This document shows, piece after piece, positions 33,066 to 43,017 of a DNA stretch of 64,000 bases (its first letter is position 1; each line of letters opens with the position of its first letter). The DNA lies in IMG/VR virus record IMGVR_UViG_3300049434_000014, positions 64,001 through 128,000 of that record; one strand, written 5' to 3'. Source of the DNA: a virus. The notes below the pieces were generated by a model. The model was not told the origin of the DNA. It did not search any database and was given only the letters and a program-made list of their open reading frames with translations. Both the position numbers and the translations under genes were made by a program.

Positions 33066-33534
33066 CTTATGAATGGGTAGGATGTGACATGTGGCAACGT
33101 GAGGATATGGCGAGGTTCCTTATTTGGCTTGACGATCAGGGTTTGCTTAATCCTCCCGTTGAGATCGAGATTGATGAGATCCTCGATTTTTATGAGGATT
33201 ATACAGGCGTTTTTACCTCAAGGAGTAGAGATGGCTGAGTCTCAGATTTTCGAAGAGCACACTGTTCGATACCCCGAGTGCGATAAGCTGCACCGTGTAT
33301 CTGGCGATGTCTCGACGCTGCATGAGTTTCTGGAGTGGCTGGCTGAGAATGGCCTGCAGGTGTGCAGCCTTGAGGAGACTGGGAAGTTTGACTGTGATGG
33401 TCCGGTCGAGCATTACTTCCCAATCCGCGAGCAGCGAGAAGCTTTGGTGCAGCGGTTCTTTTCGATTGATCCAGCCAAGCTGGAGAGCGAGCGCAGGGCT
33501 ATGCTTGCTGCACTGCAGAGTTGATTGAAGACAT

Positions 33535-33616
33535 TACCCCGTCGTCTATTTTGGCAGGACGCTGTGCGGTGGTCGCTCCCCGTGCGGAGGTGCACGTTCG
33601 ACTCGTGCCGGGGTAG
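33535..33616 (+). tRNA. tRNA-like gene (Gln-like body) with extended anticodon arm and about 10-nt loop
   Basis: TACCCCG/CGGGGTA acceptor, TGGCAGGAC D arm, gcacg-TTCGACT-cgtgc T arm; anticodon arm ctgtgcgg-tggtcgctcc-ccgtgcgg. Confidence 0.6.
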
Positions 33617-33731
33617 CTGGAGGATAGATGTTAGCTAACGTTGTTGGTACGTTACTTGGGTTGATGCTTTTTCTGTTGGTGATCGTGTCACTTGTGATGC
33701 TAGTTCTGTCGTTTGCTCGTGATTGATCCCT

Positions 33732-33804
33732 GCACCGGTAGCTCAGGGGATAGAGTGTCTGATTACGGATCAGAATGTCGCAGGTTCGATTCCTGCCCGG
33801 TGCG
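33732..33804 (+). tRNA. tRNA-Arg (ACG)
   Basis: GCACCGG/CCGGTGC acceptor; tctga-TTACGGA-tcaga. Confidence 0.92.
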
Positions 33805-33828
33805 CTCCCTAAGTTGTGGAGGCAAGTC

Positions 33829-34929
33829 TTGACTGTTCGGGAGATTTTCTTGGCGGGGACTTATCCCTGTAGGGATAGGGAGGAGTCTCAGAGTTGGGCG
33901 TTGAGTGCGTTTTCTCCTAACATTCGTCGCATTGGTGATGGCGAGACTGGTGATCGGTCTAATTGGATTGTGGGGCTGAAGGATCGGTTGAGTCGCAGCC
34001 CGGATCTCATTCTTGAGCGGGATGGTCAGTGGGTTGACTATTACGATTCCCCTCGTTTCCGGCCTACGAGTGGTTTTGTCGACCCGGCTGGTCTCGATCT
34101 CGGGTATGCCGAAAATGCGATCGATGCTCACGATGCGCTGCAGCGTTTGCTCGCGCAGCGTCGGGCTGATCCGATTCCTTACATGGGCCTTGACAATATT
34201 GATCTTCAGGTAGGCATTCCTGGCCCTGCTGATGTGGCTGAGTTTTATCTGGCGGGGCTGCCTTCCTTTAAGGATCTGCTGGGCTGGTTGCGGGGCTTCA
34301 GAGCGTTCCTGCGCCACGTTCATGCGTTCCGGGCTGCGACGGCTAGGGAGATCTCACGGATCGTCTCAGAGGTCTCTCCGAGCCCGGTGTTCTCGATTGA
34401 GATTCCCTTCGAGACCGTGCTCGCAGTCCGCTTCGCGGGCATGCCTTCGTTGGTGCGTAAGTGGTTGTATCGCAAGATCTCAGATGAGATCAACAAGTTG
34501 GTTATCTGTACCCCGTTGGGTACGAGGTTTGGTCTGCATTTGTGCACGGGTGATTTGGAGGGCCTTCCGTTGGCACGGCCTAAGCTTGTAGATCCGGTCG
34601 CTGAGCTTGCCGCTGCGTTGATCGCTGCCTGGCCGGATGGTTATCTCTTGGAGTACGTTCACATTCCGTTGTGTGATGGGCAGGCGCCTCCGCATCCTCA
34701 AGAAGAGTTCTACGCGTCATTGGATATGCTTAAGGATGTGAAGCCTGAGATCTTCGCTGGTATCGTGCATCCTTCTGCTACGCTCCCGCAACAGAAGTAC
34801 ACGCTTCGTGTCGTTGAAGAGAGGATTGGCAAGCCGGTCGGCGTCGCAATGTGGTGCGGGTGCGGACGTATGGATCCTGCTTTGCGAGATAAGGTCGCAG
34901 AGCGTCATAGGGATCTAAGCACTGCGTGA
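33829..34929 (+). CDS. UROD/MetE-like TIM-barrel protein (cobalamin-independent methionine synthase catalytic-domain-like)
   Basis: DGETGDRSNWI, HLCTGD (HxC Zn ligands), C-terminal CGCGR; start moved to TTG 33829 (GGAGG RBS) because the longer ORF overlaps tRNA-Arg. Confidence 0.65.
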   Translation: MTVREIFLAGTYPCRDREESQSWALSAFSPNIRRIGDGETGDRSNWIVGLKDRLSRSPDLILERDGQWVDYYDSPRFRPTSGFVDPAGLDLGYAENAIDAHDALQRLLAQRRADPIPYMGLDNIDLQVGIPGPADVAEFYLAGLPSFKDLLGWLRGFRAFLRHVHAFRAATAREISRIVSEVSPSPVFSIEIPFETVLAVRFAGMPSLVRKWLYRKISDEINKLVICTPLGTRFGLHLCTGDLEGLPLARPKLVDPVAELAAALIAAWPDGYLLEYVHIPLCDGQAPPHPQEEFYASLDMLKDVKPEIFAGIVHPSATLPQQKYTLRVVEERIGKPVGVAMWCGCGRMDPALRDKVAERHRDLSTA

Positions 34930-35060
34930 TGTACTCGCATACTCTGGAGAGTTGAGCTAGGTTTGCTTTGGGGAATGATCGCCCCTCCCCACCAATGGTC
35001 TCGTGGCCTGGATGGCTGAATCCCCCCCTCCCGTCCGAGGTGACTACGAGACACTCACCT

Positions 35061-35091
35061 ACTGGCCCAGATCCCCGAGGTCTGGGCCAGT
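35061..35091 (+). terminator. Strong hairpin/terminator
   Basis: actggcccagatc...ggtctgggccagt. Confidence 0.7.
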
Positions 35092-35116
35092 GGTGTGTCT
35101 AGGGTAGAACTAGCAC

Positions 35117-35806
35117 ATGTCAGAAGCAGACCGGCTTGATCCGGCTAAACTTGTCGTGTGGTTAGACTTCGAGACGTCTGGCCTTGATACTGATTGCTCT
35201 ACGGTAATCGAGGCTGGCTGGTCGATTACTGATACCAGTCTTGTGCAGCGGACTCCGTTGCGCTCGAGGTTGTGTGGGTTTGTCCCCATTCCTGGCACGG
35301 CTCGTGCGGTTACGCCTGCGTCTCCTGATTGGATGGACGTAGATGGTTACGTAATCAATATGCATGAGAATTCAGGTCTTGCGGTGGAGTTTGAGAATAC
35401 TTCTCCACATCAGGTTCTAGGATCTTTCGCGCAGTTGGATCGTTTGATTCTCGATGATTTGTTTTCGGTCGGGTGGAATGGAGAGGCTAAGTTCGTCCTA
35501 GCCGGATCCGGGCTCGCTGCTTTTGACCGTAGGATCTTGATCGCTGGGCATTCTGTTTTACAGGATATGGCACATTACCGTGCTATGGATGTCTCGGTCG
35601 CCTACGAGACCGTTGGTTTGGCAGTTCCTAAGACTTCGGCGCAGATGCAGGCGATCTTCGATGCGTGGCCTGGCGTCGCGGGTGTGCAGCGAGCTGACGA
35701 TTCTTGGATCTTTCCTGCAGGTCTGGATCCTTTGCACCGGGCGGGCACGGATGTTGCTGCGTCGATCATGTTGTGTCGGGTGTTGAGGTCGAGAATTATG
35801 GCATGA
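35117..35806 (+). CDS. Oligoribonuclease-like DEDDh 3'-5' exonuclease
   Basis: VVWLDFETSGLD, MHENSGL, LAGS...FDRRIL, HYRAMDVS, HRA..D: the Orn motif set. Confidence 0.85.
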   Translation: MSEADRLDPAKLVVWLDFETSGLDTDCSTVIEAGWSITDTSLVQRTPLRSRLCGFVPIPGTARAVTPASPDWMDVDGYVINMHENSGLAVEFENTSPHQVLGSFAQLDRLILDDLFSVGWNGEAKFVLAGSGLAAFDRRILIAGHSVLQDMAHYRAMDVSVAYETVGLAVPKTSAQMQAIFDAWPGVAGVQRADDSWIFPAGLDPLHRAGTDVAASIMLCRVLRSRIMA

Positions 35807-36321
35807 GCCTTATTGGGTTTGAGAGTCCCTTTCCGGTTGCTGTATCTCAGACGGGTGATACGGAATGGGAGCTTACAGCTGCGATGACTTATCATGGCAG
35901 GTATCAAACGTTTACGGTTCCTGTAGGGCAGACTACGGATTTCGCCAGTGTTCCTGCTGTGCTTACGTGGTTGGTTCCTATCGAGACGGGTATCCCCGCT
36001 GCGGTGCTTCACGACTATCTGTGGCGGGTGAAGGTCCCTGCGAGCGAGTTGGAATACCGGGAGGCTGACGGTATTTTGCGTCAGGCTTTGGGCTCTCTGG
36101 GTGTGCCTGGGCCACGGCGCTGGCTGATGTGGGCGGCGGTGCGCTGGGGCTCTCTGACGCGTCCTGGGGGCCATCAGGGCTGGTTGCGTGATGCCCCGGC
36201 TGTGGTGGCTGTGACGTTGCTGGGGCTGCCCCTCGCGTTGCCTGCAGTGCTTCTGTTGCCGTCGACGGGTGTGCTCACTCTCGCGGATTGGATTTTCGGT
36301 AGGAGTAAACGTGGAGCCTAA
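35803..36321 (+). CDS. DUF1353 family protein
   Basis: TVPVGQTTDFASVP...AAVLHDYLW...READ..LRQAL...R.LMWAAVR. Confidence 0.85.
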   Translation: MSLIGFESPFPVAVSQTGDTEWELTAAMTYHGRYQTFTVPVGQTTDFASVPAVLTWLVPIETGIPAAVLHDYLWRVKVPASELEYREADGILRQALGSLGVPGPRRWLMWAAVRWGSLTRPGGHQGWLRDAPAVVAVTLLGLPLALPAVLLLPSTGVLTLADWIFGRSKRGA

Positions 36322-36600
36322 ATCTGATTCTTTGGTCGATCTGCTGCGTCAAACAGTGCAAAGAATTCCTGAGATGACGGAAGAGCAGAGAGACTGGCTT
36401 TACTCGATTGTCTGTGAATGTCATATTGCAGGGTTGCGGCGCGCTGGCGATCGTCTTCGTGCGGAGGTTATTGAGGTACAGCGGGAAAACACAAAGCTGT
36501 ACGCACGGATTGCTGAGTTGGAGGCCGAGTTGGCTAAGCATGCTGACGTCAGTTCAGCTCCAAGCTAGCTCCAACCTGAACCAAATTTGGGAGCACGAAG

Positions 36601-37284
36601 ATGCCTAACAATCCAAAGACTAAATACTTCTTTGATACTGAGTTCCTTGAGGATGGCAATACGATTGATCTGATCTCGATCGGTATTGTATGTGAGGATG
36701 GACGTAAGTATTACGCAGTCAATCGTGATGCTGACTGGGTTCGTATCCTTCAGCATGAGTTCTTAATGAAAGAAGTAGTTCCACATTTGCCTTTGTTACC
36801 TGAGTCAGAGTGGTTTAATAATGGTACGTATGCCACCATCCTTAATGAAGATGACCCTACGGTGAAGGCATATGCTCAGATTGCAGATGAGGTATACAAG
36901 TTCTTGTTAGATGATGGTCGCGGTACGAGTCGCAATAATCGTGAGTTGTGGGCGTGGTTTGCTTCTTATGATTTTGTTGCTTTGTGTCAGCTTTACGGAA
37001 CGATGATAGGACTACCTGATGGCATTCCTATGTTCATTCGTGACCTGAAGCAGGAGCATGAGCGGTTGGGTAGTCCCTCACGGCCGTCTCAGGTTAAAGG
37101 GACTGCGCATAATGCATTGTTTGATGCTGAGTATGACTATCATCTCTTTAACTTCTTACGTCAGTACGAGGCTCGTCGGCTGTCTGAGATGTCTCAACAG
37201 GTTTTGTGTTGTTCGTTTGATGTCGGCGAGGCTCACGAGTTGTTAGATGCTGTGTCTGATTGGCGTCCGAATAAGAGGGCATGA
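36601..37284 (+). CDS. 3'-5' exoribonuclease, RNase AS (Rv2179c)-like
   Basis: YFFDTEFLEDGNTIDLISIGIVCEDGR.YYAV, ELWAWFASYD.V.LCQL.G.M, HNAL.DA. Confidence 0.88.
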   Translation: MPNNPKTKYFFDTEFLEDGNTIDLISIGIVCEDGRKYYAVNRDADWVRILQHEFLMKEVVPHLPLLPESEWFNNGTYATILNEDDPTVKAYAQIADEVYKFLLDDGRGTSRNNRELWAWFASYDFVALCQLYGTMIGLPDGIPMFIRDLKQEHERLGSPSRPSQVKGTAHNALFDAEYDYHLFNFLRQYEARRLSEMSQQVLCCSFDVGEAHELLDAVSDWRPNKRA

Positions 37285-37976
37285 TCTGCCTGGTCAATAA
37301 ATCGACTCTGCTCAAAGACGCCGATGTTCGGCTCATGGCGCGGGCGTGCGCTTCTCAGGTGAAGTTGCATCTGGCCTCGGCGTGGGGGTTGTCGCCGATT
37401 CCGGTTGTCTATCTTTCGAGCAAAGACGATGCCCCTCCAGGTGCGTGGGTGCTCACGGTGTTAGATGATTCTGATCAGGCAGATGCTTTGGGCTGGCACT
37501 CTGAGGATGACTCGGGTCTGTACTACGGACGGATCTTCGCTCGCCCTGTTTTCGACAATGGTGGTAACGCGCTCACCAAGAGTTTGTCTGTGGCCTCGGT
37601 GGGTTCTCACGAGGTGTGCGAGATTTTCTGCGATCCGGCTTGTAATCTCTACGCTGAGATGGATCAGCACACGGAGATTGCGGTGGAGGCTTGCGATCCG
37701 GTGGAATCTGATTCTTACGTGATCAAGGTTGACGGGATCTCGGTTACGGTCAGTAACTTTGTGACGCGTCGTTGGTTCGATCCGCTGGCTCAAGGTGGCC
37801 GCTTCGACTATCTGGGGAAGGTCAACGCTCCGTTTACGATGACTAAGGGTGGTTACGTCATCGTGAAGAAGGATGGTGTGATCTCTCAGCAGTTTGGTGA
37901 GAAGTACCCGGAGTGGAAGAAGGCGACGAAGCAGCATCGGCTGGCTCGCACCGCGCGGAGGTCTCTGCAGCGGTAG
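37281..37976 (+). CDS. Putative metalloprotease-like protein
   Basis: ALGWH, SHEVCE, EACDPVE, VSNFV. Confidence 0.55.
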   Translation: MICLVNKSTLLKDADVRLMARACASQVKLHLASAWGLSPIPVVYLSSKDDAPPGAWVLTVLDDSDQADALGWHSEDDSGLYYGRIFARPVFDNGGNALTKSLSVASVGSHEVCEIFCDPACNLYAEMDQHTEIAVEACDPVESDSYVIKVDGISVTVSNFVTRRWFDPLAQGGRFDYLGKVNAPFTMTKGGYVIVKKDGVISQQFGEKYPEWKKATKQHRLARTARRSLQR

Positions 37977-38582
37977 TACCTTGCATGGATTGTCCTGGTG
38001 CGCTGCCGTCTGACCCTGATGCTCTAAACGACTATCTTGATTCGTTGGTGAGCGCTAATCGTGTCTCGGCACAAGATGCTGACGCTGTGCGCCAGTTTCG
38101 ACGTTTTCTTGAGGCGGTCGCTCCCTATCGTCCCGGTCCGCTGCCGGTCTCTGTGATTCGTGAGTACCAGGGTTACCTTGGGGTCTCTGATGTTGAGCTG
38201 GCAGAGATCGAGCGGCAGCGTCGCACGGAGGGGTAGGACCAGACATGACTTCTCATACGCGTACCGTTTCTCAAATGAAGCTTTCGCACATTAAAGGTAT
38301 TCTCAGTACGATCCCTTCGTTTGTCTCTGAGGACTACCAAGGCATTAAGGTTGGTAGTCGTAGCTCTTTGTTCTCAGATCTTGAGCGCATCATGTGTATG
38401 CATATTCATTCTGATCTACATCCTATCTTCTGGATTGCAGTTGCTACGTGGTACTGTGATCAAGAACGTCTCTACTTGCCGGACGTGCCTGAGTGGACTC
38501 CGCTGGATTTGGCGACAGACTGTATCTTAGATGATTCGCATAACATGTCGTTTCCACACTTTGTGCTTTTGACGGAGGAGTG

Positions 38583-39245
38583 ATGACTTCCGTTGCTGAG
38601 GTATCTGATGCGGTTCGTGCAACGCGTCAGAGGCTGTCCGTCCGGGTGGGCGAAGCCCAGGTTTTAGCCAAGCGCGGCCAAGAGTTGGTTAATGAAGTCG
38701 CTGTGCTGTCCGACGAGCGGGCTACGGCTGATCGTGTGTCGGGTGTGCTCTCGAAGATCGGTTCAGAGCGTGACGCTGCCGCTCGGGCTCAGGTCGAGGG
38801 TCTGGTGACGTCGGGGCTGCAGGCAATCTTCGAGGAGAATCTGTCGTTTCATCTTGTGGAGAGTACGTCGAGACAAACTCCACAGATTGACTTCGTGGTG
38901 CGTACTCATTTGCCGGACAGCTCATCGTTCGAGACTGATGTAATGAATGCGCGCGGTGGCGGGCTTGCTGCAGTCGTGGGTTTGTTGTTGCGCGTTGTGC
39001 TCATCCTCTTGACAAGAGCGTCGGGGAAGAAAGCACCAGATGTATTAGTTCTTGACGAGACGCTCGCTCATCTGTCGCGTGAGTATCTTGATGCTGCGGG
39101 TCAGTTCCTTCGGACGCTGTGCGACTCCACGGGTTTGCAGCTGATCATTGTTACGCACCAGCAGGAGTTGGTTGAGTTCGCCGATGTGTCGTATCGTCTT
39201 CGTTTGGATGCAAACGGTAGAACCGTAGCAACCAAGGAGGCATGA
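38583..39245 (+). CDS. Rad50/SbcC-like ABC-ATPase, C-terminal half only
   Basis: Coiled coil, signature-like RGGG, Walker B VLVLDE, H-loop IIVTH; no Walker A. Confidence 0.8.
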   Translation: MTSVAEVSDAVRATRQRLSVRVGEAQVLAKRGQELVNEVAVLSDERATADRVSGVLSKIGSERDAAARAQVEGLVTSGLQAIFEENLSFHLVESTSRQTPQIDFVVRTHLPDSSSFETDVMNARGGGLAAVVGLLLRVVLILLTRASGKKAPDVLVLDETLAHLSREYLDAAGQFLRTLCDSTGLQLIIVTHQQELVEFADVSYRLRLDANGRTVATKEA

Positions 39246-39421
39246 TGGATCGAGAGTTGTTAACTGAGCTGTTGGGCGAGGGTTTCCATACAGCATTTCG
39301 CAAAGCTACTGACTGCGACCAGGCACCAGTCATCTACAGGTTAATTGAAGAGATGCCTGAAGATGACTGGGCCAATGTTCTAGACTTTGTTGCGGATTGT
39401 TTACCTACCGAGAAGTTCAAA

Positions 39422-39560
39422 GACTAGAAGTCGCGATTGCGCCAGGCGGATCGGTTGTCCCAGATTCGAGACATGTCAAACCAGGCTCGCCCAGTCTCAG
39501 CTCGCCAGACACCGATATGATATCCAGAGAACAAACCGAGACCAAGCAGCACGAAACCTC
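39422..39560 (+). repeat. Degenerate pentamer-periodic array D
   Basis: gagac atgtc aaacc aggc tcgcc cagtc tcagc tcgcc ... gagac caagc agcac gaaac; C/A-rich intergenic segment. Confidence 0.4.
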
Positions 39561-40348
39561 CTAAGTGGAGGATGCTGTTTATGAGATCCCACATGGCTTT
39601 TCCTCGATTCCTGTCCTTTGGGTACTACTGTAGCAACGTGTCAAGGTGACTCGTTATCGAGGGGTGACATGATGAGTAGACAAGAAAAGTGGGAAGCACT
39701 AAGTAATATTCAGAAAGCGAAGCGTCAGGCCCTAGGCGCGGTATTCTCTGTTTTTGTGCTGGTGTTCCTGCCCTTCTGGGTGCCCCTGGACGGTATTTTC
39801 AAGATCATCTGCGCGGTGATCGTCGGCCTGTTGGGGCTAATACTGGCTTTCCAGGCTGGTGTGTACTCAAGTTCTACGGACGAGGAGACTAGATAGTGAC
39901 TGACTCTGCTGGTCCTTATTACGAGATCGTGGATGAAGACGATGCTGGTGTATCTGATTTGCCAGTGCAGGAGATTGTTTGGGTGGTCGACCCTGATGCC
40001 GACCCAATCGTCCCGTACGCGGGTATGGACCCTGACGAGCCAATCGTGAAGTCTGCCGATGATGGTCCTGTCGCGGGCAGTGCAGGGGATCTTCCGTGAG
40101 TACTGCTACAGTGTGTATTCCTGGTACGCGTTCTTATCGCGCGGGTGTGACTCGAGGTTACGAACGTGCGGAGCGCATGTTTTCCATGGAGGGCTGTGCT
40201 CGTATCCCTCATCGTTCTGACGTCCTGAGGGGTCTTCCCTTTTGGGTTGAGGGTCATGATGATATTGAGAAGTATCTTGACGGGTATGCGTTAGGATTTG
40301 CACGTCGAGTGTCCGGTCATTGGCCAAACGGTATGTTGAGGACTTTCA

Positions 40349-40912
40349 ATGAGTGAACCTGTGCTTGATACACGTGATTACAATGCTGAGATGAATGAGC
40401 TTATTTCAGAGAAGATTCCTGCTGATGGGGATTTCATTCCTTCGCTGGCTGCGTGGAGCATCGTCTCAGCTCTCACCGAGACTGATCCTGAGCTTCTCGA
40501 CGGTTGGCTGCGTTTGCACGCGAAGTCGTTTCTTACGGAGTTGATGCGTGCTCAGCTTCGTTCTCATCGTGCTCGGGTTCGGTCTAGTGCGAAGGCGACG
40601 GCGTTTTCGTCTGCTGCTAAGCGCTTTGAGAAAAACGGTGACCTCGCCGAGCTGGGCGGGTGGATGAAGATTCGGTATGTAGTCGATGATCAGAGTACGC
40701 AGCGTTGTCTTGGCGATATGGATCGTAATGATCTGAATTTCGTTGCTTCACGGTATAGTCGGACGGCTCAGACTCTGTTGCTCGAGGAGGCGTTTCATCG
40801 CGCGCTAGCATCGCGGGTGGGTAGTCTGAAGGTCAGTGAGGTTTTCACTGAGGAGCAGATTAGCGCGATGTATCGTAATCTGAGTGGCAATACGCATACT
40901 GCTACTGCCTGA
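40349..40912 (+). CDS. Hypothetical protein directly upstream of array E (candidate partner of the Cas7-like system)
   Basis: Its TGA stop is the first TGAC delimiter of array E. Confidence 0.75.
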   Translation: MSEPVLDTRDYNAEMNELISEKIPADGDFIPSLAAWSIVSALTETDPELLDGWLRLHAKSFLTELMRAQLRSHRARVRSSAKATAFSSAAKRFEKNGDLAELGGWMKIRYVVDDQSTQRCLGDMDRNDLNFVASRYSRTAQTLLLEEAFHRALASRVGSLKVSEVFTEEQISAMYRNLSGNTHTATA

Positions 40913-41242
40913 CTTACCAAGACCAGTCACGGCTCATCCGTTCGATACCGTTCCGACATGTCTAGCCTCATCCCGTCAAGTCTTGCCATTGCCGACACGT
41001 CTAAGCACGTCTATTCACGTCCGACATTCCAAGGCCAGTCGCGTCGCGTTGGGCCATATCGCTTCCTTTCCGACTACGCACTTCTGCCCATAACTATTCA
41101 CGGCGACTTCCCGTATCAGGCCAAGTCGAGCCGTTTCGACTACACACTTCTCGCCGCGCCTAGTCGGGACCGACTTCACAAGCCGGATCGTGACAGGTCA
41201 GTTCGAGACCGACTGGGCTATCCGAATCGTTTCTCATCCGAC
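40910..41242 (+). repeat. Pentamer-periodic GAC-delimited array E (9 units)
   Basis: tgac ttacc aagac cagtc acggc tcatc cgttc gatac cgttc|cgac atgtc tagcc tcatc ccgtc aagtc ttgcc attgc|cgac acgtc taagc acgtc tattc acgtc|cgac... Confidence 0.92.
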
Positions 41243-41659
41243 AATGTCAGGAGTGTCTAGTGACTATCTCTGCTCAAGAGATTCTTAACTTGCCGATGCA
41301 GTCTAACGATGCGCAGGCAGCTACAGTTGGAGAATACTTGGTTGCACTTGTTAGAGAAGTGTGGAGATTAAATGAGAATTTTAGCGGTAAGAGACCGTTT
41401 GGGAACAGTGGATGGCATTACGAGCTTTACGCACCGTTGGTGAGAGCAGGTTTAGTTGACGGGCTCACTAATGAGGATGGAGAGATTGAAGTTACTGATG
41501 GACGCAGGGCTGATGCGTTGATTGATTTGGCCATCTTGGGGCTCTGGAAGCCCAGCGCGGAGAGCACGCAATAGTCACGGATCGCAACCACCTCAGCTCC
41601 CATCCGTTATCTGGGTGCTGAGGTGGTTTTGCGTTGTCCCCTATTTTTGAGGAGAGACT

Positions 41660-42094
41660 GTGCTTGCTTACCGTAGGACGGTGCTCGCGGTGGTGAGTAC
41701 TGCGACGCTTGGTGTGTCTTCTCTGCTGGCCGCTCCTGCCTTCGCTGATGACCCATCGCTGCCTGGTGTGCCCAATCCCCCGTCGTGCACGAACCCGCTG
41801 CCGCTGCGGGGCAGTGAGGTCCCGATCTGTGTGACGGTCAATAACCCTCCCGACAATGAGGGTGGCGTGAAGGCTCGCGTTCGGGTCGGAGACGTCTTGT
41901 GTGTGAAGGTCGACGCTCTTACCGAGCGTAAGACTGCTGACGCTCGCGTGATTCTGCCGTGCCCGATTCACTATGTTCCTGTGCCAGTTCCGGTGGAGGT
42001 GACTCCCGAGCCTGCTCCTGTCGAGACTCCTGAGCCCGCTCCTGTTGCACAGGCTCCTGAGATTGTACAGGCTCATTTGCCTGTTACGAATTAA
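41660..42094 (+). CDS. Secreted Pro-rich protein
   Basis: Signal peptide ending AAPAFA; four Cys; PEPAPV repeats. Confidence 0.7.
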   Translation: MLAYRRTVLAVVSTATLGVSSLLAAPAFADDPSLPGVPNPPSCTNPLPLRGSEVPICVTVNNPPDNEGGVKARVRVGDVLCVKVDALTERKTADARVILPCPIHYVPVPVPVEVTPEPAPVETPEPAPVAQAPEIVQAHLPVTN

Positions 42095-42108
42095 TTCGTT
42101 TTCCACTG

Positions 42109-42146
42109 AAAGGCCCGTCCCTTTGCGCTAAGAGGGACGGGCCTTT
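42109..42146 (+). terminator. Terminator hairpin
   Basis: aaaggcccgtccct...agggacgggccttt. Confidence 0.8.
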
Positions 42147-42227
42147 CGCCTGGGTAGTACTCGGTATGGGATTCCGGTCTGTGGATACCCCATGTCTCGA
42201 TGAAAAATACATCCAGGAGGAATACTC

Positions 42228-42986
42228 GTGACGGTTTCTACTTCGGCTCCTGTCAGTGTGTTTGCAAAGTACCGTGATGTCACGTGGCCTTATAGGTATG
42301 AGGGCACTCTGCACATCGATACCATTGCTGGAGGCATTCCTTCTGACGAGAAGGTTGCTGAGGCATGGTTACGTACGAAGTTGGAGAACAAAGACGACCT
42401 CATTCGTGAGGCCGTTGCTGAGACGATGGCCGCTCGCGGTGTCGGTAAGGAAGAGGCGGCACAGATCGTCGCTTCGATGAAGCACTTCACTGGTTTTAAG
42501 CGTGACAGCAATGGGCTATACATCGAAGGTCGTCAGCTGAAAGCGGCGATCAAGGAAGCGGCGATGATTGCTGTCGCCGCTGAGCGGATTCCCCTGCGCG
42601 GGTGGGGTGTTACCTCGAAGTACCTTAAGGGTTTCGTCGCGGAACACATCATGGTTGTCGATGACATCTTGTACTTGAAGGTGGACGGCACTCCTGCAAA
42701 GGAAGCTACTGGAATCACTCAGCAGTTCGTTCACACCCAGTACGGTTCGGCTCCGCACTACAAGGAGTTCGTGTCCGGTGCTACCATTGATTTCACGGTG
42801 ATTACGGACTTCTTCTTCACCGAGGAGCATTGGATGCACATCTGGGCTACGGGTGAGCAGGAAGGGATCGGTGCCTCGCGCTCTGGCGGGTTCGGTCGCT
42901 ACGTGGTTACTCGGTGGAATTTGGTGACTTCCCCACCAAAGAAGAAGGCTCCTGCCAAGGAGAAGGAAGCGGCTGCAGTTAGGTAG
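42228..42986 (+). CDS. Stand-alone Cas7/RAMP-like RNA-binding protein
   Basis: RAMP-like layout: N-terminal strand YEGTLHIDTIAGG, GLYIEGRQLKAAIKEAA (IPGSSLKG-equivalent), E.V..ATIDFTV, terminal Gly-rich loop GIGASRSGGFGRY; immediately followed by array F. Confidence 0.8.
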   Translation: MTVSTSAPVSVFAKYRDVTWPYRYEGTLHIDTIAGGIPSDEKVAEAWLRTKLENKDDLIREAVAETMAARGVGKEEAAQIVASMKHFTGFKRDSNGLYIEGRQLKAAIKEAAMIAVAAERIPLRGWGVTSKYLKGFVAEHIMVVDDILYLKVDGTPAKEATGITQQFVHTQYGSAPHYKEFVSGATIDFTVITDFFFTEEHWMHIWATGEQEGIGASRSGGFGRYVVTRWNLVTSPPKKKAPAKEKEAAAVR

Positions 42987-43017
42987 TGGTCTGGCGGCGC
43001 GTCTGGGTACGATGGCA

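Noticed and set aside
33775-33828. ATG 33775 as the start of the MetE-like gene
   Set aside because: It lies inside tRNA-Arg; TTG 33829 has a GGAGG RBS
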